This document shows positions 52,201-61,200 of a DNA stretch of 64,000 nucleotides, piece after piece (the stretch's first letter is position 1; every line of letters begins with the position of its first letter). The DNA is from an uncultured Eubacteriales bacterium (lineage in GTDB: Bacteria > Bacillota > Clostridia > Lachnospirales > Lachnospiraceae). The notes beneath the pieces were generated by a model, which made no database searches, was not told where the DNA came from, and worked only from the letters and a program-made list of their open reading frames with translations. The stretch lies in the NCBI GenBank assembly GCA_900549105.1, contig URND01000002.1:3581-67580 (forward strand), written 5' to 3'. The position numbers and the translations under genes are program-made.

Positions 52201-52610
52201 ACTATATCGAAGTTGTGCGTGCGGATGTAAAACCGGTGATGTATGGAAAATATGATGTGAATGATTTGATCTATATGGTAATAAAAATACTTCAGGATAT
52301 CAGCAGAGACAGGTTTTACGGTGTAACAGTACTTGCTGATGTGCTGAAGGGAGTGACCAGTAAACAAATATTGGATGATAAATTGGATGAGATACCTGAA
52401 TTTGGCTTTTTAAAGGATATGCCCTGGGAAACAATTCAGGCAGTTATTGAGTGGATGATATATGAGCATTTGATTTTGAAGACAAAGGGAAGGTATCCGG
52501 TGCTGCATTCAACCTATGAAGGTTTACATTATTCAGAAATCATTACGCAAAATAAACTCAAAAAGCTTAAGAAATATTTAGAGGAAGAGGTGGTTCTATG
52601 GAATCCGTAG
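49242..52610 (+). CDS. UvrD/Rep-family SF1 helicase with an inserted PD-(D/E)xK-like module, C-terminal topoisomerase-type zinc ribbons and an RQC-like winged helix
   Basis: Walker A is 'AGAGAGKTTT', motif II is 'IIVDEYQDISR', motif III is 'IAVGDDWQSIYAFSG' and the motif VI region is 'FYVAMTRTKNRV'. The insert is 'EVEIANFLYLNNIDYEYEP...YTPDFVIYQDGRSAYIEHFG'. The Cys ribbons are 'CPLCGF...C', 'CDKCQDG' and 'CTNYKADGSGC'. The C-terminal region 'GVTVLADVLKG...YPVLHST' resembles the RecQ RQC winged helix. Confidence 0.75.
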   Translation: MGFLNRIFGYKKVKMDNSPKDSIISENSIPKNENVIKLIELKSFIGSLMDADRYIAKSEYNEEVKNCSDVISFFNVLKSSGMLDKFCQLNGISLAEIEDTLYCYENIEKQMAQHNDDFVVRTMVREKFYLDNVLKAVDPVISLDEDQRRVILTDEDYCLVIAGAGAGKTTTVAAKVKYLVDKQEVKPSQILVVSYTNKAVNELKEKIHGALKIECPIATFHSVGNTIIHANTPDVQLKIVEDYRLYFVIRDYFRGSLMRKESVVNKLIMFFASYFDAPYEGDDLNGFFNNIAKANYSTMRSDLEDFKREVIDARTKKSVTIRNEVLRSHQEVEIANFLYLNNIDYEYEPIYPYNMPYARKPYTPDFVIYQDGRSAYIEHFGISENGQNDIYCQEELDRYKKAVNDKVKLHKQHGTTLIYTFSSYNDKKPLLVHLREEMEEKGFELKQRSDKEVMEMLVAGEENRYVRKLVNLICRFISNFKVNGYTEEEFSRMYHSTQNVRSRLFLDICNDCYLEYERWLKENSAVDFEDMINESAKILKEVKEMKQKLDYKYIIVDEYQDISRQRFDLVKALSEVTNAKIIAVGDDWQSIYAFSGSDITLFTKFKEKMGYARMLKIVKTYRNSQDVIDIAGNFIQRNTEQIPKQLISDKRIENPVIIYTYDSTLKSRDGSRRNGANYALARAVETALAQLLEYKKKENKEPGPILLLGRFGFDGDNLERSGLFEYINRGNKVKSVKYPKLDITFMTAHSSKGLGYDDVIIVNGKNETYGFPSKIEDDPVLAFVIKGDRSIDYAEERRLFYVAMTRTKNRVFLIAPEKNPSEFLLELKRDYKNVILCGEWNDENISTTLKKSCPLCGFPMQLKYKRAYGLRLYICTNEPEICGFMTNDYRSGKMSIQKCDKCQDGYLIVKQGQNKDFFLGCTNYKADGSGCGKMVSKKAFYEQMGYETEGPAVRQDIRTQGKIEGKSRKVVLDIERKPVVSEELKDDYIEVVRADVKPVMYGKYDVNDLIYMVIKILQDISRDRFYGVTVLADVLKGVTSKQILDDKLDEIPEFGFLKDMPWETIQAVIEWMIYEHLILKTKGRYPVLHSTYEGLHYSEIITQNKLKKLKKYLEEEVVLWNP

Positions 52611-53164
52611 ATATGAAAAAACTTGAGACAGCCATTCTGTATTTACAGAGAATTGCCGATGGGCATAATCCGGTGAACAATATGCCGGCGGATGATGATG
52701 CGGTGCTTAACAATCCAAATGTGATTCGCTGCATGTATTTTGTAAAAGAGATACTGGAAGAAGTGAAGCGCAACAATGGTTATATTGGAAAGAAAGCAAG
52801 AAAAATCGACAAACCGAATTTTCCGCTGGAGGCACTGTCTTCATTTATGTATAAGGAAGATAAATCGATATCCAAGCTGGTAGCGCAGATGAATGAACTG
52901 ATTGATGAAAATGTTTATCAGAAACTGTCTTATAAACCGATTGTGCAGTGGCTTAAACAGAATGGTTTTCTGACAGAGGAATTTAGTCAGGAATTAAATA
53001 AAATATGTACCATGCCTACGGAAAAGGGTAGTCAGTTGGGGATTAGGGCTGAAAGAAAAACCAGTTTCAAGGGTGTGGACTATATGATTATTCTGTACGG
53101 CCGGCAGGCTCAGGAGTATATTGTAAAAAACATGGAGACGATTCTTAGCAGTGCGGAAGCGTGA
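52598..53164 (+). CDS. hypothetical protein (188 aa) overlapping the helicase 3' end
   Basis: The 13-nt overlap with the helicase stop suggests co-translation. No recognisable motifs. Confidence 0.4.
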   Translation: MESVDMKKLETAILYLQRIADGHNPVNNMPADDDAVLNNPNVIRCMYFVKEILEEVKRNNGYIGKKARKIDKPNFPLEALSSFMYKEDKSISKLVAQMNELIDENVYQKLSYKPIVQWLKQNGFLTEEFSQELNKICTMPTEKGSQLGIRAERKTSFKGVDYMIILYGRQAQEYIVKNMETILSSAEA

Positions 53165-53188
53165 TGAAAAGATTCTGGAAGAGGTGAG

Positions 53189-53941
53189 ATGATGACTTTG
53201 CGGAAAGAAGTGCTTGCGTTTATAAAAAAGGAATATAATGTGGAAGCAGAATGTCCCTGGGCCAGATATCCGGAGAATGAGGTTTTCCGCCATGAGGATA
53301 ATAATAAATGGTTTGCCCTCATCATGCCTGTTGGGAAAAAGCACCTGGGGATGGGCGGCGAGGGCTATGTCGATATTATCAATGTAAAACTTGATTCGAT
53401 GCTCATCGATATGCTGAGGCAGCAGGAGGGATTTCTCCCAGCCTATCATATGAATAAGTCCAACTGGATAAGTATCCGGCTGGATGGAAGTGTAGAGTTG
53501 GAGCAAATATACAATCTGATTTCTCAGAGTTATATTGCAACGGCCAGTAAGAAAAATAAGAAGAAGTTAAATCGTATAGGACCAAAGGACTGGATTATTC
53601 CGGCAAATCCAAAATATTATGATGTGGTTGGCGCTTTTGAGGCTTCTGATACAGTCACATGGAAACAAAGCAGCGATATTCATGTTGGGGATATTGTTTA
53701 TATGTATGTGGCGGCGCCTTACTCATCCATTATGTATAAGTGTAAAGCTGTTGAGGTGAATATCCCACGAAGATATTCCGATAAAAATCTAACTATAAAG
53801 AACACAATGGTTTTAGAACTTTTGGAAAAGTACGCGCCGGGCACGTGGTCCTTTGAGAAGATAAAGCAGTTTGGCGTGTATGCTGTCCGTGGACCAAGAA
53901 GCATGCCGGCGGAACTTAAAAGAGAGATGGAACGCGGATAG
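53189..53941 (+). CDS. YjbR/MmcQ-family domain fused to an EVE/PUA-like domain
   Basis: The N-terminus 'ECPWARYPENEVFRHEDNNKWFALIMPVGKKHL' is YjbR-like. The C-terminus 'DWIIPANPKYYDVVGAFEASDTVTWKQSSDIHVGDIVYMYVAA' is EVE/PUA-like. Confidence 0.5.
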   Translation: MMTLRKEVLAFIKKEYNVEAECPWARYPENEVFRHEDNNKWFALIMPVGKKHLGMGGEGYVDIINVKLDSMLIDMLRQQEGFLPAYHMNKSNWISIRLDGSVELEQIYNLISQSYIATASKKNKKKLNRIGPKDWIIPANPKYYDVVGAFEASDTVTWKQSSDIHVGDIVYMYVAAPYSSIMYKCKAVEVNIPRRYSDKNLTIKNTMVLELLEKYAPGTWSFEKIKQFGVYAVRGPRSMPAELKREMERG

Positions 53942-53987
53942 GGGCTGTTTTTTTATTAAAATTTTCTGAAACGACCGCTATCGGCTG

Positions 53988-54869
53988 CTATTTTTTTCCG
54001 AGTTCCCAGAAAGCCACAGCGCTGGCGGCGGCAACATTTAAGGAGTCTACGCCGTGGGACATGGGGATGCGAACGGTATAATCACAGTTTGCAATGGTGG
54101 ATGGGGACAGCCCGTCACCTTCTGTGCCGAGCAGGATGGCAAGTTTATCTTCGGCTCTCAGCCGGGCATCATCAATAGGGATGGAATCATCTCTTAATGC
54201 CATCGCCGCGGTTCTAAAGCCCAGTTTTTGCAAAAGCTTCATGCCGGTGTCAGGCCATTCGGAATCTTCGCTGCCGAGAAAGGTCCACGGTATTTGAAAG
54301 ACCGTTCCCATGCTGACACGGATAGCCCGGCGGTACAACGGATTGCTGCATCCGGGGGTGAGCAGCACGGCATCGATATTGAGCGCTGCGGCCGAGCGGA
54401 AAATGGCGCCGATATTTGTGGGATTCATGATGTTCTCAAGAATGGCAATACGGCGGGCTTGTCCGCATATATTTTCAACGGAGGGCAGGGGCGGACGCCG
54501 CATGGCGCAGAGAACGCCGCGGGTCAGCTTGAATCCGGTCAGCTGCGTCAGAATTTCAAAGTCCGAAGTAAAGACGGGAATATCCCCGCATCGGGCAATC
54601 ACATCACGGGCCTGCCCCTCTATATGTTTGCGCTCCAGCAGGAGGGAGATAGGCTGACAGCCTGCATCCAGGGCGCGCTCGATAACCTTCGGGCTTTCGG
54701 CAATGAAAATACCTTTTTCAGGTTCATGGCGGTTAAGCAATTGATTTTCGCTCAGGCGGGCATAGACATCCAGTTCGGGAGCTTCAAAGTCTGCAATTTC
54801 TATAATGTTTGGCGCATACATCATTTCATTTCTCCTGCTTTCCATTTCTTTTTTAAAACATTTTACCAC
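53988..54869 (-). CDS. TrmH/SpoU-family RNA 2'-O-methyltransferase
   Basis: The SPOUT motifs 'ILENIMNPTNIGAIFRSAAALNID', 'ILLGTEGDGLS' and 'IPMSHGVDSLNVAAASAV' are present. Confidence 0.75.
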   Translation of the reverse strand: MVKCFKKEMESRRNEMMYAPNIIEIADFEAPELDVYARLSENQLLNRHEPEKGIFIAESPKVIERALDAGCQPISLLLERKHIEGQARDVIARCGDIPVFTSDFEILTQLTGFKLTRGVLCAMRRPPLPSVENICGQARRIAILENIMNPTNIGAIFRSAAALNIDAVLLTPGCSNPLYRRAIRVSMGTVFQIPWTFLGSEDSEWPDTGMKLLQKLGFRTAAMALRDDSIPIDDARLRAEDKLAILLGTEGDGLSPSTIANCDYTVRIPMSHGVDSLNVAAASAVAFWELGKK

Positions 54870-55018
54870 ATCTTAAATGATAGGGCCATGGATGTGTTCG
54901 GAAATACGTAGAAAAAATCCTGTGAGTATGCTAAAATGAGGGGGCGTTTTTCTAAAAAACCTTGACTGTAAACCCGGTTGATACTTTATTCTGTATAAAA
55001 ATGACAGAAGGTGATGAG

Positions 55019-55855
55019 ATGACAATTAAAGAAGTTGAGGAGAAAACGGGGCTTGCCCGTTCGAATATCCGTTTTTATGAAAAAGAAAAATTGATTCAGC
55101 CGACAAGAAATGTGGGGAATGGCTACAGAGAGTATTCGGAAGAGGATGTGGAAGTCATCAAAAAGATTGCGTACCTGCGGACTCTGGGGATTTCGATTGA
55201 GACTATCCATCGGCTGATTCTCGGGGAAATTTCTCTGCAAGAGACGCTTCGTATCCAGGTGGAGAAGCTGGACGGGCAGATGGTGGATTTGGAGCAGGCG
55301 AAGGCTATATGCGGTAAAATGCTGCAGGATAAGACGGTCAGTTTTGATAACCTGGATGTGGGAGCCTACGTGCCGGAGGTGAAAGAGTACTGGCAGTCAA
55401 ATTCAAATATTTTCAGGTTGGATTCGGTGGGCTTTCTCTATGTGTGGGGCGGTTCCCTTACCTGGGGCGTTTTGACTGCTGCGGTTTTGCTCATTGCTCT
55501 ACTGGCCTGGCCGAAGCTGCCGGAAAAGATTCCGATTCAATGGAGTGACGGTGAGGTGAGTAGGGCGGCCAACAGAATCTTTATATTTGTTTATCCGCTG
55601 GCCTGCGGGGTTATCCATTTTCTTTTCAGGCCCTTATGGCAGAGTAATCTAAGGGCGTATGTTTGGTTTCACAATGATTTGGTTGCGGATTATCTGGCAA
55701 ACTTTTTTTGCTTTGTCATTTTATCCGTGGAAATATTTTCCGTGTTATATATCTATGGCATAGTGAAATACGTGCAAATCTTACTTTTTATCGATTGTGC
55801 AGTCTTTGCGGTTTTATTGGCTTTGGGGATGTACAAGCTGATGAAAAAGCGTTAA
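55019..55855 (+). CDS. MerR-family transcriptional regulator with a C-terminal multi-pass membrane domain
   Basis: An RBS (GAAGGTGATGAG) precedes the start at MTIKEV. The HTH is 'MTIKEVEEKTGLARSNIRFYEKEKLIQPTRNVGNGYREYSEEDV'. The C-terminal ~140 aa are hydrophobic. Confidence 0.75.
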   Translation: MTIKEVEEKTGLARSNIRFYEKEKLIQPTRNVGNGYREYSEEDVEVIKKIAYLRTLGISIETIHRLILGEISLQETLRIQVEKLDGQMVDLEQAKAICGKMLQDKTVSFDNLDVGAYVPEVKEYWQSNSNIFRLDSVGFLYVWGGSLTWGVLTAAVLLIALLAWPKLPEKIPIQWSDGEVSRAANRIFIFVYPLACGVIHFLFRPLWQSNLRAYVWFHNDLVADYLANFFCFVILSVEIFSVLYIYGIVKYVQILLFIDCAVFAVLLALGMYKLMKKR

Positions 55856-55963
55856 AATAGGTTGAAAACGGGGGCTGCAATAAATATAGAAATAATGAGG
55901 CAGACGTGATAACATAGTAGACATATTGCGGCGATAACGATGAATAGCCCGTTGGGGGTATGA

Positions 55964-57727
55964 ATGGAACAGAATAGACGATACACGGTAAAAGAATTAA
56001 TCGGGAGATTTCTTCCTTATTTTAAACCATATTATAAGACTTTGTGTCTGGACTTATTTTGCGCAGCGCTGACCACAATTTGTGAAATGATACTGCCGTT
56101 GATTATCAGACAGATTACCAATACTGCTTTGCAGGATATTGCTTTATTGACAACAAGAATGATACTTGCTTTGGGCTTTCTTTATTTTGTACTGCGGGTG
56201 ATAGACAGTATTGCCAGTTTTTATATGGCAGATATGGGACATGTTATGGGTGCGAAGATAGAGACTGATATGAGGCGCAGCGCGTACGCACATTTGCAGC
56301 AATTGTCCAATACATATTTTAATAATACAAAAGTCGGTCAGATTATGGGACGCATTACCAATGATTTGTTCGAGGTTACGGAGTTTGCACATCACTGTCC
56401 GGAGGAATTTTTTATAGCGGGAGTTAAGATAATCGTATCCTTTATCATACTTGCGGGCATCCATTTGCCGCTTACGGTTATGGTATTTGTCTTTGTTCCG
56501 ATTATGACGATTGTATGCCGGATACTCAATAAGAAGATGCGTTCTGCCTTTATCGACCAGCGTCATCAGATTGGTGAGTTAAATGCCAAAATTGAGGATA
56601 GTTTACTGGGGCAAAAGGTAGTAAAGGCATTTACCAATGAAGATATTGAAACGCAAAAATTTGAGGAAGGTAATCAGAAATTTTTAGGAATCAAGTCATA
56701 TACCTATCGGTTGATGGGGCTTTTTGGCACTTCCACCAGAGTGTTTGACGGGTTGATGTATCTGACAGTTATTATAGGCGGCGGCTTTTTCATGAAGTAT
56801 GGCGTGATTCTTCCCGGGGATATGGTAGCTTATGTTATGTATGTTTCCACCCTGATTGCTACGGTGAGAAGAATTATTGAGTTTGCGGAACAGTTTCAGA
56901 GAGGGATTACGGGTATTGAGCGGTTCGTGCAGATTATGGATGCGGATGTGGAGATTTTTGATGAGCCGGATGCGCAGGATTTGGAGAATCCGAAGGGAGA
57001 AATTGAGTTTGACCATGTCAGCTTTGAATATCCGGATGACCATAATAAGGTATTCCATAATTTGAATTTGAAGATACATGCAGGAGAAAAGATTGCTATT
57101 GTAGGACCCTCAGGTGCAGGGAAGACTACACTTTGTAATTTGATTCCAAGATTTTATGATGTATCGGGTGGTGAAATTATACTGGATGGAAAAGATATAA
57201 AGAAGCTTACTTTGAAGAGTCTGCGCAGGAGTATCGGTATGGTACAGCAGGAGGTTTATCTGTTTTCAGGAACAGTATATGAGAATATTGTTTATGGTAA
57301 ACCGGGTGCAACCTATGAGGAAGTAAGGGAAGCGGCAAAGCGTGCCGGAGCAGACGAGTTTATTCAGAATTTAAAGGACGGGTATGACACATATGTCGGT
57401 GAGCGTGGCGTGAAGCTATCCGGTGGACAAAAGCAGAGAATAAGTATTGCCAGAGTTTTTTTAAAGAATCCTCCGATTATTATTTTGGATGAGGCAACCT
57501 CTGCTCTTGACAATGAAAGTGAGTTCGCAGTTGCCAAATCTCTGCATGAGCTGGCAAAGGGACGTACAACACTTACCATAGCGCATAGATTGTCAAGCAT
57601 CAGAAATTCAGACAGGATTTTGGTGTTGACAGAGGAAGGAATTGTGGAGGAAGGAAATCATGACCAGCTTATGGAACGCGGGGGAATCTATTGTCAGTTT
57701 TACAGAATGGCAAATGAGATAAAATAG
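55964..57727 (+). CDS. ABC exporter, fused permease-ATPase (MsbA/MdlB-like)
   Basis: Six N-terminal transmembrane helices precede Walker A 'GPSGAGKTT', signature 'LSGGQKQR' and Walker B 'IILDEATSALD'. Confidence 0.85.
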   Translation: MEQNRRYTVKELIGRFLPYFKPYYKTLCLDLFCAALTTICEMILPLIIRQITNTALQDIALLTTRMILALGFLYFVLRVIDSIASFYMADMGHVMGAKIETDMRRSAYAHLQQLSNTYFNNTKVGQIMGRITNDLFEVTEFAHHCPEEFFIAGVKIIVSFIILAGIHLPLTVMVFVFVPIMTIVCRILNKKMRSAFIDQRHQIGELNAKIEDSLLGQKVVKAFTNEDIETQKFEEGNQKFLGIKSYTYRLMGLFGTSTRVFDGLMYLTVIIGGGFFMKYGVILPGDMVAYVMYVSTLIATVRRIIEFAEQFQRGITGIERFVQIMDADVEIFDEPDAQDLENPKGEIEFDHVSFEYPDDHNKVFHNLNLKIHAGEKIAIVGPSGAGKTTLCNLIPRFYDVSGGEIILDGKDIKKLTLKSLRRSIGMVQQEVYLFSGTVYENIVYGKPGATYEEVREAAKRAGADEFIQNLKDGYDTYVGERGVKLSGGQKQRISIARVFLKNPPIIILDEATSALDNESEFAVAKSLHELAKGRTTLTIAHRLSSIRNSDRILVLTEEGIVEEGNHDQLMERGGIYCQFYRMANEIK

Positions 57728-57780
57728 CAGGGAAATCATAGAATAGAAGGACACTACCTTATTTTCCGGGAGGTTTAAAA

Positions 57781-58527
57781 ATGATTCTTTATTTTACAGG
57801 CACAGGCAACAGTGAATTTGTGGCGAAGCGGATTGGGGAAAAGACCGGGGATGAAACCCTGAATTTGTTTGAGAAGATTCGGGATGGGGATTATTCCAGA
57901 ATAAGATCGGCAAGTCCCTTTGTGTTTGTTGTACCCACCTATGCGTGGCAGATTCCCCATATTGTCAGGGATTGGATTCGGCGCGCAAAGTTTGGCGGAA
58001 ACCGTAAGGCTTATTTTGTTATGACCTGCGGGGACAGTATTGGAAATGCCGGTGAATATATCGAAAAGTTGTGTGTGAAAAAAGGTTTTAACTATATGGG
58101 CTGTGCGAAAATCATTATGCCGGAAAACTATATTGCCATGTTTCAGGCGCCGGACAGGGATGAAGCCGTCCGAATTGTGGAAAGGGCGATTCCGGCGATA
58201 GATGATGTTATTGAGGTCATTAAAAAAGGAGAACGGATTCCACAGAAAAAGATGACTGCTGTGGGAAAAATCAGTTCTGCCCTGGTAAATAAAATTTTTT
58301 ATCCTGCATTTGTCCATGCAAAGCCCTTTTATACGACGGAGGCCTGCATTGGCTGTGGAAAATGTGAAACCGTCTGCCCGATGAATAATATTGATATTAT
58401 CGATGGCCGTCCGGTTTGGGATAATCATTGTACCCATTGTATGGCCTGCATCTGCGGCTGCCCGGAAGAGGCGATTGAATACGGCAAAAAAAGTAAAGGA
58501 AAGCCGAGATATCAATGTCCAATGTAG
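57781..58527 (+). CDS. flavodoxin-like domain fused to a 2x[4Fe-4S] ferredoxin domain
   Basis: The N-terminus 'ILYFTGTGNSEFVAKRI' is a flavodoxin FMN-site motif. The C-terminus has 'CIGCGKCETVCP' and 'CTHCMACICGCP'. Confidence 0.7.
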   Translation: MILYFTGTGNSEFVAKRIGEKTGDETLNLFEKIRDGDYSRIRSASPFVFVVPTYAWQIPHIVRDWIRRAKFGGNRKAYFVMTCGDSIGNAGEYIEKLCVKKGFNYMGCAKIIMPENYIAMFQAPDRDEAVRIVERAIPAIDDVIEVIKKGERIPQKKMTAVGKISSALVNKIFYPAFVHAKPFYTTEACIGCGKCETVCPMNNIDIIDGRPVWDNHCTHCMACICGCPEEAIEYGKKSKGKPRYQCPM

Positions 58528-58601
58528 ATGAAGGGATTGTTATCCCGTGGACTTTAGTTTATAATAATCAGGTAATATAAAGAATAAGAGAGGTTATTCA
58601 G

Positions 58602-60140
58602 ATGATAAATGTCAGAGAATACAGAGGACATATTCGAAATTGGGAAGCGCTCTGCGGAGAGCTTGGCATTGATAAGACATTGTCCAGAGAGGAACGCGAG
58701 GAACAGATTCTTATAAAGGCTTATGAGACCTGGGGATACGATATGGCAAATCATATGCACGGCATGTTCGCTTTTGCATTGTGGGATGAGGAAGAGCAGA
58801 AGCTTTTCTGCCTGAGAGACCAGTTTGGAACGAAGCCGTTTTATTATTATGAAACAGAAGAAGGCCATCTTCTCTGTGGTACAACCATTCGTAAGATTAT
58901 GGAGCAGCCGGGCTTTGTGAAAAAGCTGAATGAAGAAATGCTCCAGTTGTATTTGAGCCTGACCTATGTGGCCGGGGAAAATACATTTTTCCGGGGAGTA
59001 AAAAAACTTATGCCCGGCCGGTATCTTGTCTGGCAGGACGGAAAACTTAAAATAGAGCGTTATTGGACGCCGGAGTTTCACCCGGATGAAAGCAAAACGC
59101 TGGAGGATTGGGCCGATGAGATTCATACAACCCTTCAGGAGATTATGCCGGAGGTGAAATCTGAAGATGAGACGGCAGAGTCCTTCCTGTCCGGCGGCGT
59201 GGATTCCTCCTATGTGCTGGCAATGTCGGATGTGAAGCTGACCGATTCCTGCGGTTATGAAGAGGCCCGTTTTGATGAATCGGGGATGGCGCGGCAGACG
59301 GCGGAGATTCTCGGAAGAGAGAATGCCAGATGCCTGATTACGCCGGAAGAATATTTTGAGATTGTTCCTTATGTAATGTACAATATGGAGCAGCCGCTGG
59401 GGGATGCCTCAGCCATAGCCTTTGCCATAGCCTGCAAAGCGACGGCGGAACATACAAAGCTCTGTTATTCCGGCGAGGGCGCTGATGAATTTTTCGGCGG
59501 TTACAATATGTACCGCAATGCGGAGCGGTATGGAGAGAACCTGAAAACATTTTATGTGGGCAACACCAATATTATGAAAGAGGACGAGAAAAAGCGGATT
59601 CTCAAAAAATATGACCCGGATGTCCTCCCGATTGAGCTGGTGGAACGGATTTATGAGGAAACCGAAGGCCTGGACCCGCTGGCTAAAATGTCCAACGTGG
59701 ATATTCAGATTTGGCTTGAAGGAGATATTTATTTAAATGTGGACAAAATGAGTACAGCCGCAGGGCTGGAAATCCGGATGCCTCTGACGGACAGGCGGAT
59801 TTTTGACATTGCCTCCCGGATGCCGTCAAGATTTAAAGTCAATGAGGAGCAGAATAAGGTGGCTTTCCGTACGGCTGCGGCAAAAGTTCTTCCGGAGGAA
59901 ATTGCCTTCCGCAAGAAGCTTGGATTTATCGTGCCTATTCGTATATGGATGGCTGATGAACGCTATAATCAGGATGTGCAGGCGAAATTCCACAGCGATA
60001 TGGCGGCACAGTTTTTCAATGTGGATGAAATCAATGCGATTTTTGATGATTATGTTGGCGGAAATTCGGACAACTGGAGAAAGGTGTGGACCATCTACAC
60101 ATTCCTTGTTTGGTATGAAGAATATTTCGTAAAACGCTGA
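58602..60140 (+). CDS. asparagine synthetase B-family protein lacking the N-terminal ~60-70 residues of the glutaminase domain
   Basis: The synthetase PP-loop is 'LSGGVDSSYV'. The remaining glutaminase-domain residues are 'HMHGMFAFALWDEEEQKLFCLRDQFGTKPFYY'. The ORF starts at Met with a stop immediately upstream, and there is no Cys1. Confidence 0.65.
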   Translation: MINVREYRGHIRNWEALCGELGIDKTLSREEREEQILIKAYETWGYDMANHMHGMFAFALWDEEEQKLFCLRDQFGTKPFYYYETEEGHLLCGTTIRKIMEQPGFVKKLNEEMLQLYLSLTYVAGENTFFRGVKKLMPGRYLVWQDGKLKIERYWTPEFHPDESKTLEDWADEIHTTLQEIMPEVKSEDETAESFLSGGVDSSYVLAMSDVKLTDSCGYEEARFDESGMARQTAEILGRENARCLITPEEYFEIVPYVMYNMEQPLGDASAIAFAIACKATAEHTKLCYSGEGADEFFGGYNMYRNAERYGENLKTFYVGNTNIMKEDEKKRILKKYDPDVLPIELVERIYEETEGLDPLAKMSNVDIQIWLEGDIYLNVDKMSTAAGLEIRMPLTDRRIFDIASRMPSRFKVNEEQNKVAFRTAAAKVLPEEIAFRKKLGFIVPIRIWMADERYNQDVQAKFHSDMAAQFFNVDEINAIFDDYVGGNSDNWRKVWTIYTFLVWYEEYFVKR

Positions 60141-60157
60141 AATGATAGAGTAAAATG

Positions 60158-60186
60158 TGACAGGTGTTCAGGAGGAATGCCTGTCA
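60158..60186 (+). terminator. weak hairpin after the asnB-like gene
   Basis: TGACAGG...CCTGTCA forms a 7-bp stem with a 15-nt loop, followed by a T-rich sequence. Confidence 0.3.
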
Positions 60187-60246
60187 TATTTCTATGTACT
60201 ATATTTAGAAGAGAAGAACATGGGGCAGAAAGCAGGAGGTGGAGAA

Positions 60247-61035
60247 ATGTCGGTGAAGAAGACCGTGTTTTTTGATATCGATGGAACGCTGTGGAATTGG
60301 CATAATGAGATTCCGGAAAGTACGATTCGGGCGATTCGGAGTCTGCGGCAAAATGGACATCAGGCCTTTTTGTGCAGCGGGCGCAGCCGGGCCTATATTC
60401 AGAACCCGGATTTGTTTGCCATTGGTTTTGACGGCGTTGTGTCGGGATGCGGAACGATGATTGAGTATGGCGGCGAGACCATTTTTTATAAAAAACTGGA
60501 TGTGGATTTGGTGGAACACACGGTAAATACCGTAAGAAAATATGGGATGCGTCCCATACTGGAAGGCAGAGAATATCTGTATATGGATGAGAGAGAATTT
60601 GCCAAAGATAATTATGGGAAAAAGGTGAAAGCGGAGGTCGGTTCCCGGCTGCTGACCATTGCAGGCGAGTGGGGCCAATGGGAAATATCCAAGTTATCCT
60701 GTGCAACAGAAGCGGCGGACCAGGAAAAATGCTATGAGGAATTAAAGGACTGTTTTGACTTTATTATACATGATATACCGGTGACAGAATTTGTCCCGAA
60801 GGGATATCATAAGGGGACCGGAATAGCGAAGGTGTGTGAAATGCTGGACACAGATATTGAGGACACGATTGCCTTTGGGGACAGCGCCAATGATATTGGC
60901 ATGCTTCGGGCGGCGGGCTTCGGGGTAGCCATGGGCAACAGTTCTGAAGATGTCAAACTGGAAGCGGATTATGTGACAACGCCGGTTATGGAAGACGGTA
61001 TATGGAAGGCATGTAAACACCTGGAGCTTATATAG
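60247..61035 (+). CDS. Cof-type HAD-IIB phosphatase
   Basis: HAD motif I is 'VFFDIDGTLW', motif III is 'KGTGI' and motif IV is 'FGDSANDIGM'. Confidence 0.75.
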   Translation: MSVKKTVFFDIDGTLWNWHNEIPESTIRAIRSLRQNGHQAFLCSGRSRAYIQNPDLFAIGFDGVVSGCGTMIEYGGETIFYKKLDVDLVEHTVNTVRKYGMRPILEGREYLYMDEREFAKDNYGKKVKAEVGSRLLTIAGEWGQWEISKLSCATEAADQEKCYEELKDCFDFIIHDIPVTEFVPKGYHKGTGIAKVCEMLDTDIEDTIAFGDSANDIGMLRAAGFGVAMGNSSEDVKLEADYVTTPVMEDGIWKACKHLELI

Positions 61036-61200
61036 AGAGTGACGATTTGGAATAAGGAGTTCTTTTAAATAATGTATGAATAAAATTCATGGCTTTGTGA
61101 AAAGTTTACGGGTAGAAAATGTAGACGAAATCTGTATGTCAAAGTTATAATAATAAGGGAAACATAGGACTGACAGAAGATAAGAGGGGGAGGAATAGCC

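Noticed and set aside
53942-53987. Possible bidirectional terminator between the YjbR-EVE gene and the convergent trmH-family gene
   Set aside because: A T-tract (GGGGCTGTTTTTTT) is present, but I could not find a convincing stem.
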